Of a stretch of DNA of 64,000 nucleotides, positions 28,748 to 50,197 are shown piece after piece. Position 1 is the first letter of the stretch. Each line of letters begins with the position of its first letter. The notes under the pieces were generated by a model, which saw only the letters and a list, made by a program, of their open reading frames with translations, made no database searches and was not told where the DNA came from. A program made the position numbers and the translations under genes. The stretch is taken from assembly GCF_009914755.1 (NCBI RefSeq), contig NC_060936.1; one strand, 5' to 3'. The stretch is from the human T2T-CHM13v2.0 reference genome, Homo sapiens.

Positions 28748-29815
28748 CCAATCAGTAAACATTCATTGATCTTACAATTAATGTGATGCCTAATTAAAAT
28801 GGTTGCTAGGCTTTTATTAATTACCTAGAAAATATTTGAAATTTTTTTCGTCTTTAATTTCTCTTACATTTCATTTATATTCCTATTTATTTTCTGAGGT
28901 TGGCTTGAAAATTTTGACTTGAATTTCCTTAAATTTTTCTTAACCAAAATCTAAAAGTAAACAGCTGGCAGTTGCTGTCTTGGGTGGGTGGTGGTTTCTC
29001 TTTTATCAGCAGCAGAATGTTCTAAGCCTTCTGCCAGGAGTCTGACTGCAAAAGTCTTTGGGTGGTAAAGTGGGCGAGAATGTGACTAATGCAGAAAAGA
29101 AAAAAAAATTTTTTAACTTGCTAAAAAAAAAAAGAGATTCACCTGTAATTTGGACCCGCCTATAGAAAATAATGTAAGTAAGTGTATTATGGCCAGTTAA
29201 GGTAGGCACTATAAAAATAGGCCGAAAAGTTTAGAATATTCCTTTTTTACTGTAGTCTGTTTTTTAAAATTTGAAACTTGTTAGAGAGTTTGGAAAACAG
29301 TCTTCTTCCTCCCACTCCACTTCCTGGCCAAAAAAGAGGGGAAGCACAATGGTCTTCAAAAAAGGTGATAAAGTAAATGCATATTATAAAATATTTTAAA
29401 CTTTTGTGTGTGTGGTTTCACGTACAGGAAATGAACATGCAAATTCTTAGAAACTGTTGTCACTGTGTTTCTGAAATGCTAAAAAAAATTATGCTTTGAG
29501 CTACCTGCTGCTTATAATTCCTTTCCCTGAATAGGTAGGTTTTTATAGTTAACAAATTTTAAATGTAGTTGATTTTGATAGTAGTATTTCATTATGCAAT
29601 CTGGAGAGGAGAGAGTGTTTTTCATAAAGTGGATATTAATTACAACTTTAAAAAGCCAATCAGTAAACATTCATTGATCTTGTAATTAACTGTGACACCT
29701 AATTAAAATGGTTGCTAGGCTGTTATGTCTGGAAAATATTTGAAATTTTTTTATTCTTTAAAATCTGTCTTCATATACATTCCCATTTCTTTTCTATGGC
29801 TGGCTTGAAAATTTT
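28748..29815. repeat. Dispersed direct duplication of a ~165-bp non-Alu element (28748-28915 and 29656-29815)
   Basis: Four identical blocks of 26, 24, 21 and 15 nt in the same order. Confidence 0.9.
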
Positions 29816-29957
29816 AAAAAATATCTTGGATGTTCCATGTGTTGGGTAGGGTCAGAGAACTTACTTTTTTTCGTTTTCCACCTGATGAGATTGAGATTAT
29901 TTCTATACAGGTAAAAAGCAAACAGGACCCTGGGAATCCAGTGTGGCTTAGGAATAG

Positions 29958-30329
<372 letters not shown>

Positions 30330-30689
30330 CAGCTTTTTAGATTTGGAATTCCTGGGTCTATTTTCTCATTGGTAAAGTGGGAATAACACTTGTCCTCTTG
30401 CCCAAATGACAGTATAAGGTAGTTAGTTATTGCTCAGATTCAGAAAGCTACCAACAGTTTGAATTAATTAAAATTATTACGTAACAGTTTGATTTTCCTC
30501 TAGGGTACTCTAGAGATCCATTTGGATAGAATTAGGTTAGAGAGAAGGCAAATAGGTGAAGCAATTTTAAAGAAGAAAACAGTGACTTATACATATTAGA
30601 TAGGGAGAGTTTATTTTACAGCTGTTACATTTGAGGCAATGTGGTATTGATGCAGAAATAGATAGTCATTTTAAGAGGACAGGTTTCAT

Positions 30690-36620
<5,931 letters not shown>

Positions 36621-37144
36621 GGAGTTAGATCTTGTTGGAAACTCCTGCCTGGGGTTTCCTGAGGACTGGGAATGATGAAGACAAGGTTTCTTAGAAGGAA
36701 GCAAAGTGTTACATCATCGAAATGTATAAGTTTCAACTATTGAAGTTAAATATGTTTTTATATTATTGGATGACAAGTTAGAATGCGCTTGGGAGAATAC
36801 ACAAAATACAGTATTTTAGTCATTGTGAATATTGTGTCTTTTCGGTAGGGGACTCTTCTAAGGTATTCATAACGTAAACATACTAGAATATTTAAGAATA
36901 TTGCCTGGCATGGTGGCATGCACCTATATAGTCTCAGCTACTCAGGAGACTGAAGTGGAGGGTCTTTGGAGTCCAGGAGTTCCAGCCTGGGTGATGGCAA
37001 GACCTCGCCTCTAAAAATAACTAAACTTAAAAAAATAATAATAAATATTTCTAAACCATGGAGAGAGGCAACTCCATAAAATCTTCTTAGAGATGTTCAG
37101 AAAGTTGTTCAGGAATGGTTTTAGTCGTTGATTCACCATTACAG

Positions 37145-37888
<744 letters not shown>

Positions 37889-38221
37889 CTGTTTGAGGTG
37901 TTATGTGGTACTATCAAGTAGCCATTCTGATTATGTCAGTTTTTATCTTCATGGATCTTACAACTTGATGGTCACAATGGTTCTTTTGAAATTTGACAGG
38001 CCAAATTTTGTGTATCTATCATGGAGTCTTTTAACTTCTTCATGGGTTTATTTTACAGTTTCATATGAGGCTTTTGCATAAGGACATTTAGTCAAAGCAT
38101 CCCGCTTATAGTAACGAACTTTAAGGTATTTCTATGGTATCTACAATATTGTTTCTACCTTTATGATAGCAGTTATATTAGGCAGCTACCATCAAGCCAT
38201 CAAGTAGTTAATGTATTCGTT

Positions 38222-38534
<313 letters not shown>

Positions 38535-39148
38535 TGTATTCATTGTTTTTAAAAGGATATCTGAGAAACCTCTTTTCTTTGCAGCATTTCAGAGAAGTGG
38601 ATTATTCTAAAAGCATATCACCTATTCATGTATATATTTACTTTCAGTAAGTTGCTCCATCTTAGTGGAGCACAGTTAAGTCATTTGATCAGTCTGGCTT
38701 CTGGTAAGAAATTGAATTTTATCACAGTGACTGATGTACCTGTTGCATATCAAGCCTGATACTGCTGATTTTTGTTTTTAAGATAAAACCCATTAACAAA
38801 CAGTAAAGTCAGGATTTGGTACTAGAAAATTCAAAAGTTTTGTTTTGGACTTGAATACTTCTTGAGTTATGGAATCACAATCATGAGATTTTCCTTGCAG
38901 TAGGTAAAGGTTGCTGGATTAATACTGTTACACAGTGAATGGTAATATGAAAAAGAGAGAGTAGCAATATTTCATGATTACTCAAATGATAGAAATTTTG
39001 GATGGTTTCCTTTAGCAATAGGGATTTACTATGCATGGTAACATGAGGTTTAAAGACCTAGAATAACCTCTGAAGATGCTTTGATTAATTCAGTTGAGGT
39101 TTATAATTGCTCGGAGGCAGGGAAGCTAAACCTTAGCTGCTGAATTAA

Positions 39149-39630
<482 letters not shown>

Positions 39631-40989
39631 AGGTATACAATATAATAGACAGTGGGGTTTTGATGTCGTGTTGTTAATACTCCCAGGACACAGGGTACTA
39701 TTTTTGTACTCAAAAAGATTTATGATTATGTAGGAAGACTATCTAGACTGAGGGCTATTTAGCTATCTGATCATATATAGGACCTTATTGCGTTTTATTT
39801 GGAAACAGATCCTGTCTATTGCATTTGTAGATGTTATGTTTTAGTGTGTAAAGAAGGGTTCTTCTTATAGTAGTCCCAACAATATCATTTACAGATTAGG
39901 ACTGTTAGAGAGTTCTATTACTTGAGTTCTATTAAACCAAGGTAAACTTTATTTTCTCTCAAATCTTTTACAATTTGTTGTAGAGTTTCAAATTTGTCTT
40001 TTATTACTTTCACCATCTGTTATAAACTATTATTTTTACTATAAAACCAATTTTTTTGGTTATTTCATTTTTCTTAGTACAAGTCAGTGCCCGTCCTTTT
40101 TTTTTTTTTTTTTTTTAATTTTGCTTTACAGACAGCTTTAAAAGTTTACTCAGAAGGATCCGATGTTCTATAGTAATGGGATTAATGGGAGTTATAGTGA
40201 TGTCCATTTAACCTATTTATGTTAACTTTCTTAACAAATAAGAAAGTTGTCTGTCTACAGTTTTAGATAATTTCCTTTGGAAATTTAGAGGAAGTACAGG
40301 GTATTGTTGGGCACTAATGCCTCTCTCAGAACGGCATCTTCGGATAGATTTTGGGTAGTTGTCCTTTTGGGTATTAGCCAGTATCAGACAATATTGGTTC
40401 CTTTAATGGCCCTTTTACTCCTCATATTTTCAAGCATCCTTATCTAAACCTCCTGAATCTTACAAGACAAATCTTGTGGTGGTTTTCTCTAGAGAGCCAG
40501 AAGTTATATTAATTTCCAGCTTGTTTACTTCTTAAGGCTCTCTGGAAATGTCTGATCATATATTGGACATTTTCTAAATTGGCGATTTAAATAACAGGAG
40601 AAAGTCTTCTGAAATTGCCTGATGTGTTTTATGAAATATTTTATACTGTTGAGTTATTTAAATTTTCTCTTTGCTACTTGTTGCTTTTTTTTTTTTTTTG
40701 TATTGGAGGGGATAATCATTAATTGGACTAGTTGGTACAGATCTGTAGTCCAGGGCAGTGGTATATAACAAAGTCCTGAATTCTGTGGCAAATTGCTGTT
40801 TTAATAAAGTTGATGAAAGTCTTTGTTTATAACCCTTCACTTGGATCTACACCAAATTTTAATTTAACTTCTGTAGACGTGGCTTCTGGCCTGGTAATTT
40901 AGTGTGATTTTATTTTTTGAGGAAACCCTGAAGAAAGGATGACTTATATTGAACGTTAGGTAAAACTTAGTAGAAAGATAAAAGATTTC

Positions 40990-41313
<324 letters not shown>

Positions 41314-42167
41314 TCAAGGAGGGTAAGTGTAAGTTTCAGGAGAAACTTAAAGTTTTGGAAAGAGACTTTAAAATTATTAAAATTTTGTTTGAGGTTTCTA
41401 CATACCAGTTGAAGAAGCTGACAATTGACTGTTTCATGTTTTGTCTCATATTTCTTTCAGCTACTCTTAAACATATTGCTTACTGATTTTAGCATATCAG
41501 AAGTTTCCTGTAATTACCAGTTTTGTCCTAAGTCAAAACTTTTTTTTGCACTTTAAGGAAGATGCAAGAGTTAGAATTATAATGCAACTTTATGTAAGAA
41601 GCAGAAGTTCTTCCAAGAAGAGGTTGAGACTTTAATGTAGCATGACACATTGAGGCCACTTCGGCTGGTCAGCAGTGTTTGTGAACAGTGTGTCAAGTCA
41701 CCTGACCAAGCAGAGGTTAGGAAGCATTCTTACAGTCAAAGTTTTCAGACAGTCATTGACCCCAGAATACTGACCAGTAAACCAAATGATCTTCCTCAAA
41801 AGTGACAAGATAGGGAATGCCCTCATAAAGGGCAAATTTCTATATAACATTATATTCCTTGGACATGTACTTTTTTCCCCACTGTAAATTTAGAGTGTTT
41901 TAAATGCGTTCTAGTTCTGTCTGCAAATCTTTTAACTGTGTTCTAATTTTTTTGTAATAGTATAAATTTACTTTCAAGTTTGTAGTATCCTAACAGAAGC
42001 AAAACCACAGTGTTCTTAGGTGTTTTTTCCTCCCTGGACAGTGAACAATACTGTAACAAATGTGGCTTAAGAAGCATATCTGTGTTGACATGAAGCTAAA
42101 ATAAAGAGATATGTTGACTTTATTTTGAGTCTTGATTTTAATTTTAATTATAGATATATCTTTAGAA

Positions 42168-42302
42168 ATGAGTTGCACAATTGAGAAGGCACTTGCCGAC
42201 GCTAAAGCTCTTGTTGAAAGATTAAGAGATCATGACGATGCAGCAGAATCTCTGATTGAGCAAACCACAGCTCTCAACAAGCGAGTAGAAGCCATGAAAC
42301 AG
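42168..42302 (+). CDS. FGFR1OP2: FGFR1OP2 first coding exon (exon 2 from ~42154): [45 protein letters not shown]; SIKE-family coiled-coil STRIPAK component
   Basis: tatag| acceptor, ATG 42168, CAG|gtttg donor, 135 nt. Confidence 0.95.
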
Positions 42303-43335
42303 GTTTGATTTTTCTTTCTTGTTCATTCCATTTATCAAAAGCAGTCATTGACATTTATGTATTGCTGGCTAATTAGTATCTAATTTTTTTCAACATTCTC
42401 TAAAATTTTAAAGTAGCTTGACTTGTGTGTTTCAGGTTTACTTTAATTTTGTCGTGTTCAGGTGATATACCTAGACATATATTTCTAAACCCTAGATTTG
42501 ATCACTTATTTTGCTGACAGAGTTGCACATTTGAGTTTAGAAAATAAATGAATTTGTTAGGTCTAGAAACATTTGACAAAGACCAGATAATACCTTTTAC
42601 TAATGTTGGTACACATTTTGTTCTGTCTTGTATAATGTAGAAATGTTCATATTTTTCTTTATAAAAGTACTTAGGTGATGCTGTTTAACAACAAAATAGC
42701 TTTTGAAAATGATGCAAGGTAATATGTGATTTATACTCTGTGCAGTTATTGTACCCATACTTGCTACCTTATTTTTCATTCAGTGCTACCAATTAAAGAA
42801 TACATAAGGGCTTTCTTCTTGCTATTTTTACTATTGTATAACAGAATATTCCCATGGGCCACGGAGTTTAGACACTATTTTAACCTTCTTCTGATAAAAA
42901 TTTTCAAGTCATTTAAGAAAATTATAAAATCTCTGACATTATGATGGAAATCAGAGGGGGAAAATGTATATTCACAGCCAAATCTCCTCATCTATTTTGT
43001 AAAAGGAAGCAATTCTGGGATAGTATTTTTAACAAAGCTACTGGAAATAGTGGAGCAAGTTTAGTTATTTGGTTTTACAACTGTGTTGCCCTAAACAGAT
43101 TTACCTGCATCCCTAACCAACTGTCCAGCTAGACTCAGGCACTTCAGTGAACATATATCTGGTATTGAGTTGTTAAAAAAGGAGTTTGACATCTGAAGTT
43201 AAGAACCAGGAGTGTTATAATGAATATGTTACTAAGTGTCTCATGAGAATGCCTTGAAAATAAATAAGTGCAATTTTAAAATAAGATTCTCATTTTCTTA
43301 ATGGAAAATCTTTTTGCATTTCTTTTGTACATGTT

Positions 43336-44530
43336 CTATTAAGATATTCACATACCATAAAATTTACTTTTTTGAAGGGTACAGTTCATTGGATTTTAGT
43401 ACACATTTGCAGGTTATGCAGTATAACCACTACCTGATTCCAGAACATTTTCATCACCACAAAACCTTACATCCATCAGTGGTCTCTCTCTAGTTTCCCC
43501 TTTCCTCAGTCTCTGGCAACCACTAATATTTCTATCTCTTTGAATTTGCCTATTCTGGACATTTCATATAAATGGAATGATAAAATATGCGGCTTTTTGT
43601 GATTGGCTTCTTAACATAATGTTTTTAAGGTTCATCTATGTTATAGCATGTATCAGTACTTCATTCCTGTTTATTGCCAAATAATATTGCATTGTAAGGA
43701 TACAGCACATTGTGCTTATCCATTCATCAGCTGATAGGCATTTGGATTATTTTACTTTTTTGGCTGGTAAGAATATGCTGCTATGAATATTTGTGTACAA
43801 GTTTCTGTGTGGACATATGTTTTCAGTTTTCTTGGGTATATATGTAGAAGTAGAATGGATGGGTCATATAATAACTCTGTTAAAATTTTTTGAGGATCTG
43901 CCACATTGTTTCCCAAAGCAGCTATGCCAAGCTTGTCCGACCTGTGACTTGCTGGCTGCATATGGCCCAGGATGGCTTTGATTGCGGCCCAGCACAAATT
44001 CACAAACTTTCTTAAAACATTATGAGATTTTTTTTTTTTAAAAAAAAGCTCATCAGCTATCGTTAGCATTAGTGTATTTTATGTGCAGCGTGATAATTCT
44101 TCTTCCGATGTGCCCAGGGAAGCCAAAAGATTGGACACCCCTGAACTACATCATTTTACATTCCATCAACAATGTATGGAAGGTTGCAGTTTCTTCACAT
44201 CCTCTCCAACAATTGTTATTGTCTTTTTCATTACAGTCATCCTCGTGGGATATATTGAATTGCATTCTCCTAATGACTAGTTAGGTTAATTAAGTATCTT
44301 TTCATGTGCTTATTGGCCATTTGTATATCTTCTTTAGATAAATGTTTATTCAAATCCTTTGCCACTTTTAAAAATGGGGTTATTTTCATTTTATTGTTGA
44401 GTTGTAAGTGTTCTTTATATATTCTGGATACTAAGCTCTTATCAGATTTTTTATATGTATATTTCAGATATATTTATATTTATATATCATATATATATAT
44501 ATATATATATTTGCAGGTATTTTCATCCCA
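43336..44530 (-). mobile_element. L1MB-like 3' fragment with nested MER30 (43928-44143) and (TA)n at ~44450-44510
   Basis: L1 3'UTR/ORF2-end consensus; MER30 ends caagcttgtcc...ggacacccctg. Confidence 0.82.
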
Positions 44531-44551
44531 CATGTTTTTCTCCCCCATTAG

Positions 44552-44669
44552 TATCAGGAAGAAATTCAAGAACTTAATGAAGTCGCGAGACATCGGCCAC
44601 GGTCCACGTTAGTTATGGGAATCCAGCAAGAAAACAGACAAATCAGAGAGTTGCAACAAGAAAACAAAG
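44552..44669 (+). CDS. FGFR1OP2: FGFR1OP2 exon 3 (YQEEIQELNEVARHRPRSTLVMGIQQENRQIRELQQENK)
   Basis: cattag| acceptor, AAG|gtaaga donor, 118 nt. Confidence 0.95.
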
Positions 44670-45609
44670 GTAAGATACGTTACTTTTTGACATTAATCCC
44701 ATTTCTAGTCTATATTCCTAAATCGTATTTATTGCTCTTTATCCTGTCCCACATATGAACATCTGCCTGGTTGACATCCTCTTAGATTCTCACCCTTAAT
44801 ATCCAGTTAGCACTGCTGTTGTTAGCTATGAAATAACCCAGCTTCATTCTCTGCAGTCCCACTGCATTGGCCCCCAGATTAGATGCTCAGTCTCTTGCCT
44901 GAAATGTCCAAACTGATCTCCCTGATTCCAGTCTCTCTTCCCCCTTCCAATCTGTCTTCAACATAACCATCAGATTGATATTTCAAAAATCAGTCTGATC
45001 ATGTAATTCTTTTGCCTAAGAACTTTCATTATATACTTATTACCTTTTACAGGGTCCCTAAAAATCATTTCCCAGCCTTTTTTTTAAATCTTCTTCCCAC
45101 AGCTTTCTTCACTGTGAACTCTTTGCTCTTGCCAACACCAATCACTTCCTAAACACGTCATCTGTTTTCATGCCTACCTGCTTAGAAGGTCCATTCCTTC
45201 ACTTTTCAACTGAGGGAACTCACACTGTACTTCTACAAAGCTTCCACCAGTTTCTTCCCATAGACATCTCTTAAATCTATTTGACTTAACACTCCACTCT
45301 GCCACCTACCACATGCTTGTTTTCTCTACTAGACTCTTGAGGTCTGTGGCCCTTAATATAGAGGGAGCCTTGGCCGATATTAATTGCTGTTTAGTACATC
45401 TTTGTTGAAATGATTCTCAAGAAACAAGCTTAAAATATTCAAAAAACTAATACGGGACTTCATTTGGTGTCTCTTATTGTTATATGGCTAGATTTTTGTG
45501 CATTGTGTTTTCTTTTTAAAATGTCCCGTTCATAAGTTGCTTAGTGGAAGAGAATATTTTGTGTACTTTTAACTCAAGTTGGAATAAAATACAATATTAT
45601 TCTTGATAG

Positions 45610-45752
45610 AATTACGTACATCTCTGGAAGAACATCAGTCGGCCTTGGAACTTATAATGAGCAAGTACCGAGAACAAATGTTTAGATTGCTAATGGCTAG
45701 CAAAAAAGATGATCCGGGTATAATAATGAAGTTAAAAGAGCAGCACTCCAAG
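45610..45752 (+). CDS. FGFR1OP2: FGFR1OP2 exon 4 (LRTSLEEHQSALELIMSKYREQMFRLL...KEQHSK)
   Basis: gatag| acceptor, AAG|gtaat donor, 143 nt. Confidence 0.95.
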
Positions 45753-46008
45753 GTAATCCATTCTATAAATGTGACCTGAAATGGAAAAGAGAGACGATTG
45801 ATTATTCTGTGTTCAGATTTTTTTTGAAAAAAATCACAGGTATCTAGTAATGGCATTTTAACATGATGTTGAATGTTTCATCTTTTTAATTGACATTTTC
45901 TCCTTTTTCTTATTTTTCCATTTCTTGTTATATATCATTTTCTGTTTGATTTATAAACTCTCACTGTTTCTTAGAAACTTTAATTTGTACGTTGAAAAAT
46001 AAATTTTA

Positions 46009-46378
<370 letters not shown>

Positions 46379-48523
46379 AGAAATTTTTTTAAGAAACATT
46401 TTTTCTAATAAATTTGTGTATTGACTTCTCTTGCAAAAACAAAAAATAATGGAAACCTTTTTTAAAATCTGAAAGCAGTTTAATGTAGATTTTTCTTAAG
46501 ACTGTTTTCTGAATAAGGCTAATTCATCCAGACTATAAATGATCTTGTTTATTATAATGGAAAAAACATGGGGTTCAGGAGAAGAACCAACATAGTAAAA
46601 TTTTGCTCCCTTGCCCCAGTATTGTATACCAGTTGACATCATTTTTTAGAAACAAAGCTGAAGTAGTTAGAAATTAGTGTTTTACCTGCTGTTCATCCCT
46701 TTGTCATCCCTGTGTCTATTCCCTTTGGTATGTCCCCATATTTTATGGCATATTTTATGGCAACTGCTATGAAGACAAGTAGAATAATCCTTTCTCACAT
46801 ATTTATTTTAAACTGAGTTTTAGTTGCTGATATGAAATAAAAATAATAAACTAGATTGTGGAAACTAGACTGTTACCTGTATTAGATAATGGTGAGCTGA
46901 CTATTATTATTACCAATATTATTTAAGAAACAGTGATTATGAGCCTTCTTTTCCCCATTTGTTACAACAGAAATAGGAAAGGACATATTTTCATATTTAT
47001 CTATTATTGAAACACATTTTAGATTCTTTAAAATACTTCTTCCATTTTGGTGCTTGTACGTGTTTTTAACTTATTAGTAATTAATTCTATTAGAATTAAA
47101 TACCTATCAAATAGCTCTTTATATGCCTTTATTATATTAGAAAACCTAATGATAGGTACCTCTTGTGTCAACCAGTAAAATAATAAATTAAATTAAAAAT
47201 TTGTGTTTAATGTTTTCTAATTATGCTATTCATCTCCTAATCAAATGGCAATCCAGGGATGTTTAAGTGGTGATCTTTTGAATACAAAATTTAACTATTG
47301 TTAATGAGACCATTCTAAAATCATTTAAATTTAAAGGTATAATAATAACTATAGTAACTAAGACTTTTTAAAGGCACTAAAAGGAGTTGACTTAATATTA
47401 TTTGTAAGATAAATATAATCTTGAGAATTTCTAAAAGGTTTGTATGTTTTATAACCTAAAAATAAAATGTTAAAGATCTAAAGCGAAGAATACCATTACA
47501 AAAAAAGTGCTTAGAATAGGATAACTATAGCTTGCAGGTCCCATCTGGTAGCAACTATGACAGAAGCAAATGTTTCCTAAAATATATTAGATTTTACTAT
47601 TCACCAGAGCTGGTTTATTAATTAGTAAGGTTAAACATTTCCTAAGATAGCTGTAAGCCATCCTTTTTTATTATGTAGATTGAATTCTTCATCTAAGTTC
47701 AGATGATCCTTGCCTCCCATAAAATGACTATTCAGTTATTTGTTATTAATTTTCACTAATACATATTAATGTTTGTGATTTTGATTTTTCCCAAAAAGGA
47801 GACACTTCGACTTAATTAAACAAACATTAATACTGGCACTGGGTTAGTTATGGGAAATAATAAGATGAATGTACAAGCTTGCAGTATAGTGGGAGATACA
47901 GACACAAACATAACAATCTACTATAAGGTAGGGCGTGATGAATCCCAAAGTAGATGAATTGTTACTGGAACGCTAGAGGGAACAATATTAACTGTCATAA
48001 GGAAAATCTGGAAAGGTAACAAGGAAGGGAAGAAAGTCTGTCTCAGTCCAGCCTTGAATTAATTATGGGCAGGTAGGTAAACAAGCAGAAGTGGGTGGGT
48101 GGGCAGAGAAACTTGTATAATAAAAGCACAAAAAGTATGGTATTGTAGGGTGTGTTTAGGTACTAGTGCTCTGATATGCCTAAACACAAAAGTAATTTTA
48201 CAACACATTTAGAGCTAAGAAACAGAGTTACACATAACAGCATTTTGGATTGGAGTAAGAGATCCTTTTGAGACTGTTATAATACAGAACTTTGCCCTTA
48301 ACTAGAAGTTTTTGAGCACATACTTAAAAAATCAGTAGAAAGTTTGAGAGCTCATTTTTACCCAAATACTAATTTTCATGTTATTTTTGAACAGATGCCT
48401 TTTTGGAAATCTTAAAAAAGCAAACATTTCAAACAGTTGGCTAACACGCATGAACTAACACTCATTCAGTTTTTAAATTACGGATGATATCCGTATTAAC
48501 ATTATAATGACTCTATACTACAG

Positions 48524-48637
48524 ATTGACATGGTACATCGTAACAAGTCCGAAGGATTCTTCCTTGATGCATCTCGACACATCCTTGAAGCACCTCAACA
48601 TGGACTGGAGAGAAGGCACTTGGAAGCAAATCAGAAT
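48524..48637 (+). CDS. FGFR1OP2: FGFR1OP2 exon 5, alternative (IDMVHRNKSEGFFLDASRHILEAPQHGLERRHLEANQN)
   Basis: tacag| acceptor, weak AAT|gtacac donor, 114 nt symmetric. Confidence 0.85.
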
Positions 48638-49473
48638 GTACACTAAATAAACAGTCAACTTTTGGGGTGTGGATGGAAGGGGGGTCCATTTTAAAAGTGC
48701 TTTTACATTGAATTTCCCTCCCAGATTAGATCAGCAAATAAATGAAATTTATTAAAAGAATGTTGTGTCTTTAATAGCCATGCTGTTCAGTGTAGAAACT
48801 TTAAATCTCTCATTAATTTTCTGTGTATTGTATCATGTACAGCCTGTTAGATATTTGCAGGTTTTATAGGTTATTCAGTCCAACGCTTTATTTATTTGCT
48901 CTTGTTAGTTGTTGCTGTGAAACAGTCATTTCCTTTCTGGACATCAAAGATATTTTCTTGGCATTAATTTTAAACTGATTTCATAAGGTCAAAGTATTAA
49001 ATGTTTTAATTCAGATTGTGGATAGTTTGTAGTCCTTTGATTTTGCAAATGAAATTAAAATGCCTTTGTTTAGATGTTAGGATTAAGTATAGTAGTGCTC
49101 TCTCCATTGTGTCTTAATTTTTTTTTAACTCACTTGTGGCAGGTCTTTATTGAATAAAGGAGGAATAAACCTAGACAGGGAGTTAGAAATGAAAGACATT
49201 TCAAGACAGTTCAAGGGTTATGTTGGTGACACTTCTTGTCTTCCAGACAGTTTTGAAAGCACAGATCTTGCCTCTTGTGCTTGTTAAAAAATCTGTGATA
49301 CTTCTCTGAAGATTTTATAATTAAATAAGTGAACCATTACCATGACCTTTTATAAAAGTGCTGCCCTATTTGAAGTATTGGGTTTTTTCTCATGATGAGC
49401 TTTGTTAGACTTGGTACTGAAAAAATCAGTAGTTTTTTTCCTTCTATTTTAAAGGCAAAGAAATGCTTGCTTC

Positions 49474-49791
<318 letters not shown>

Positions 49792-50011
49792 TCAGTGCCA
49801 TAGGACTGACCAAATCATAAATTGAGGATGCTGTTGGTATTCAAAGTTTTTACTCATTACCCTTACTCAGTTTGCAGCTGCAATGATCTGTACTTAACCT
49901 GCTTTTACATATTATGCTTCCTTGACAATGGGAGGAATTTTAATGGTTAACTTGCAGAATATGACAGATACTTGTCTTAATATCATTCTTCCTACCATAA
50001 TCTAATTCAAA

Positions 50012-50197
50012 ACTATCCAGTAGAACTTTCTGAAATGATTGGAATGTTTTTTATCTGTGCTGTCCAGTGTGGAAGCCAGTAGCCACATGTGGCTGTTGAG
50101 CACTTGCAGTGTCACTAATGCGTTTGAGGGACTGAATTGTTAATTTTTAAAAATGTATTGATTTTAATTAAGTTTAACATTGTTTTGGACAGCACAG
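50012..50197 (+). mobile_element. MER3-like hAT element
   Basis: Same motif set as the 20585 copy; terminal ggacagcacag. Confidence 0.7.

Noticed and set aside
28748-29815. snoRNA or CRISPR-like interpretation of the duplicated element
   Set aside because: No C/D or H/ACA boxes shared by both copies; two copies only, in a eukaryotic context
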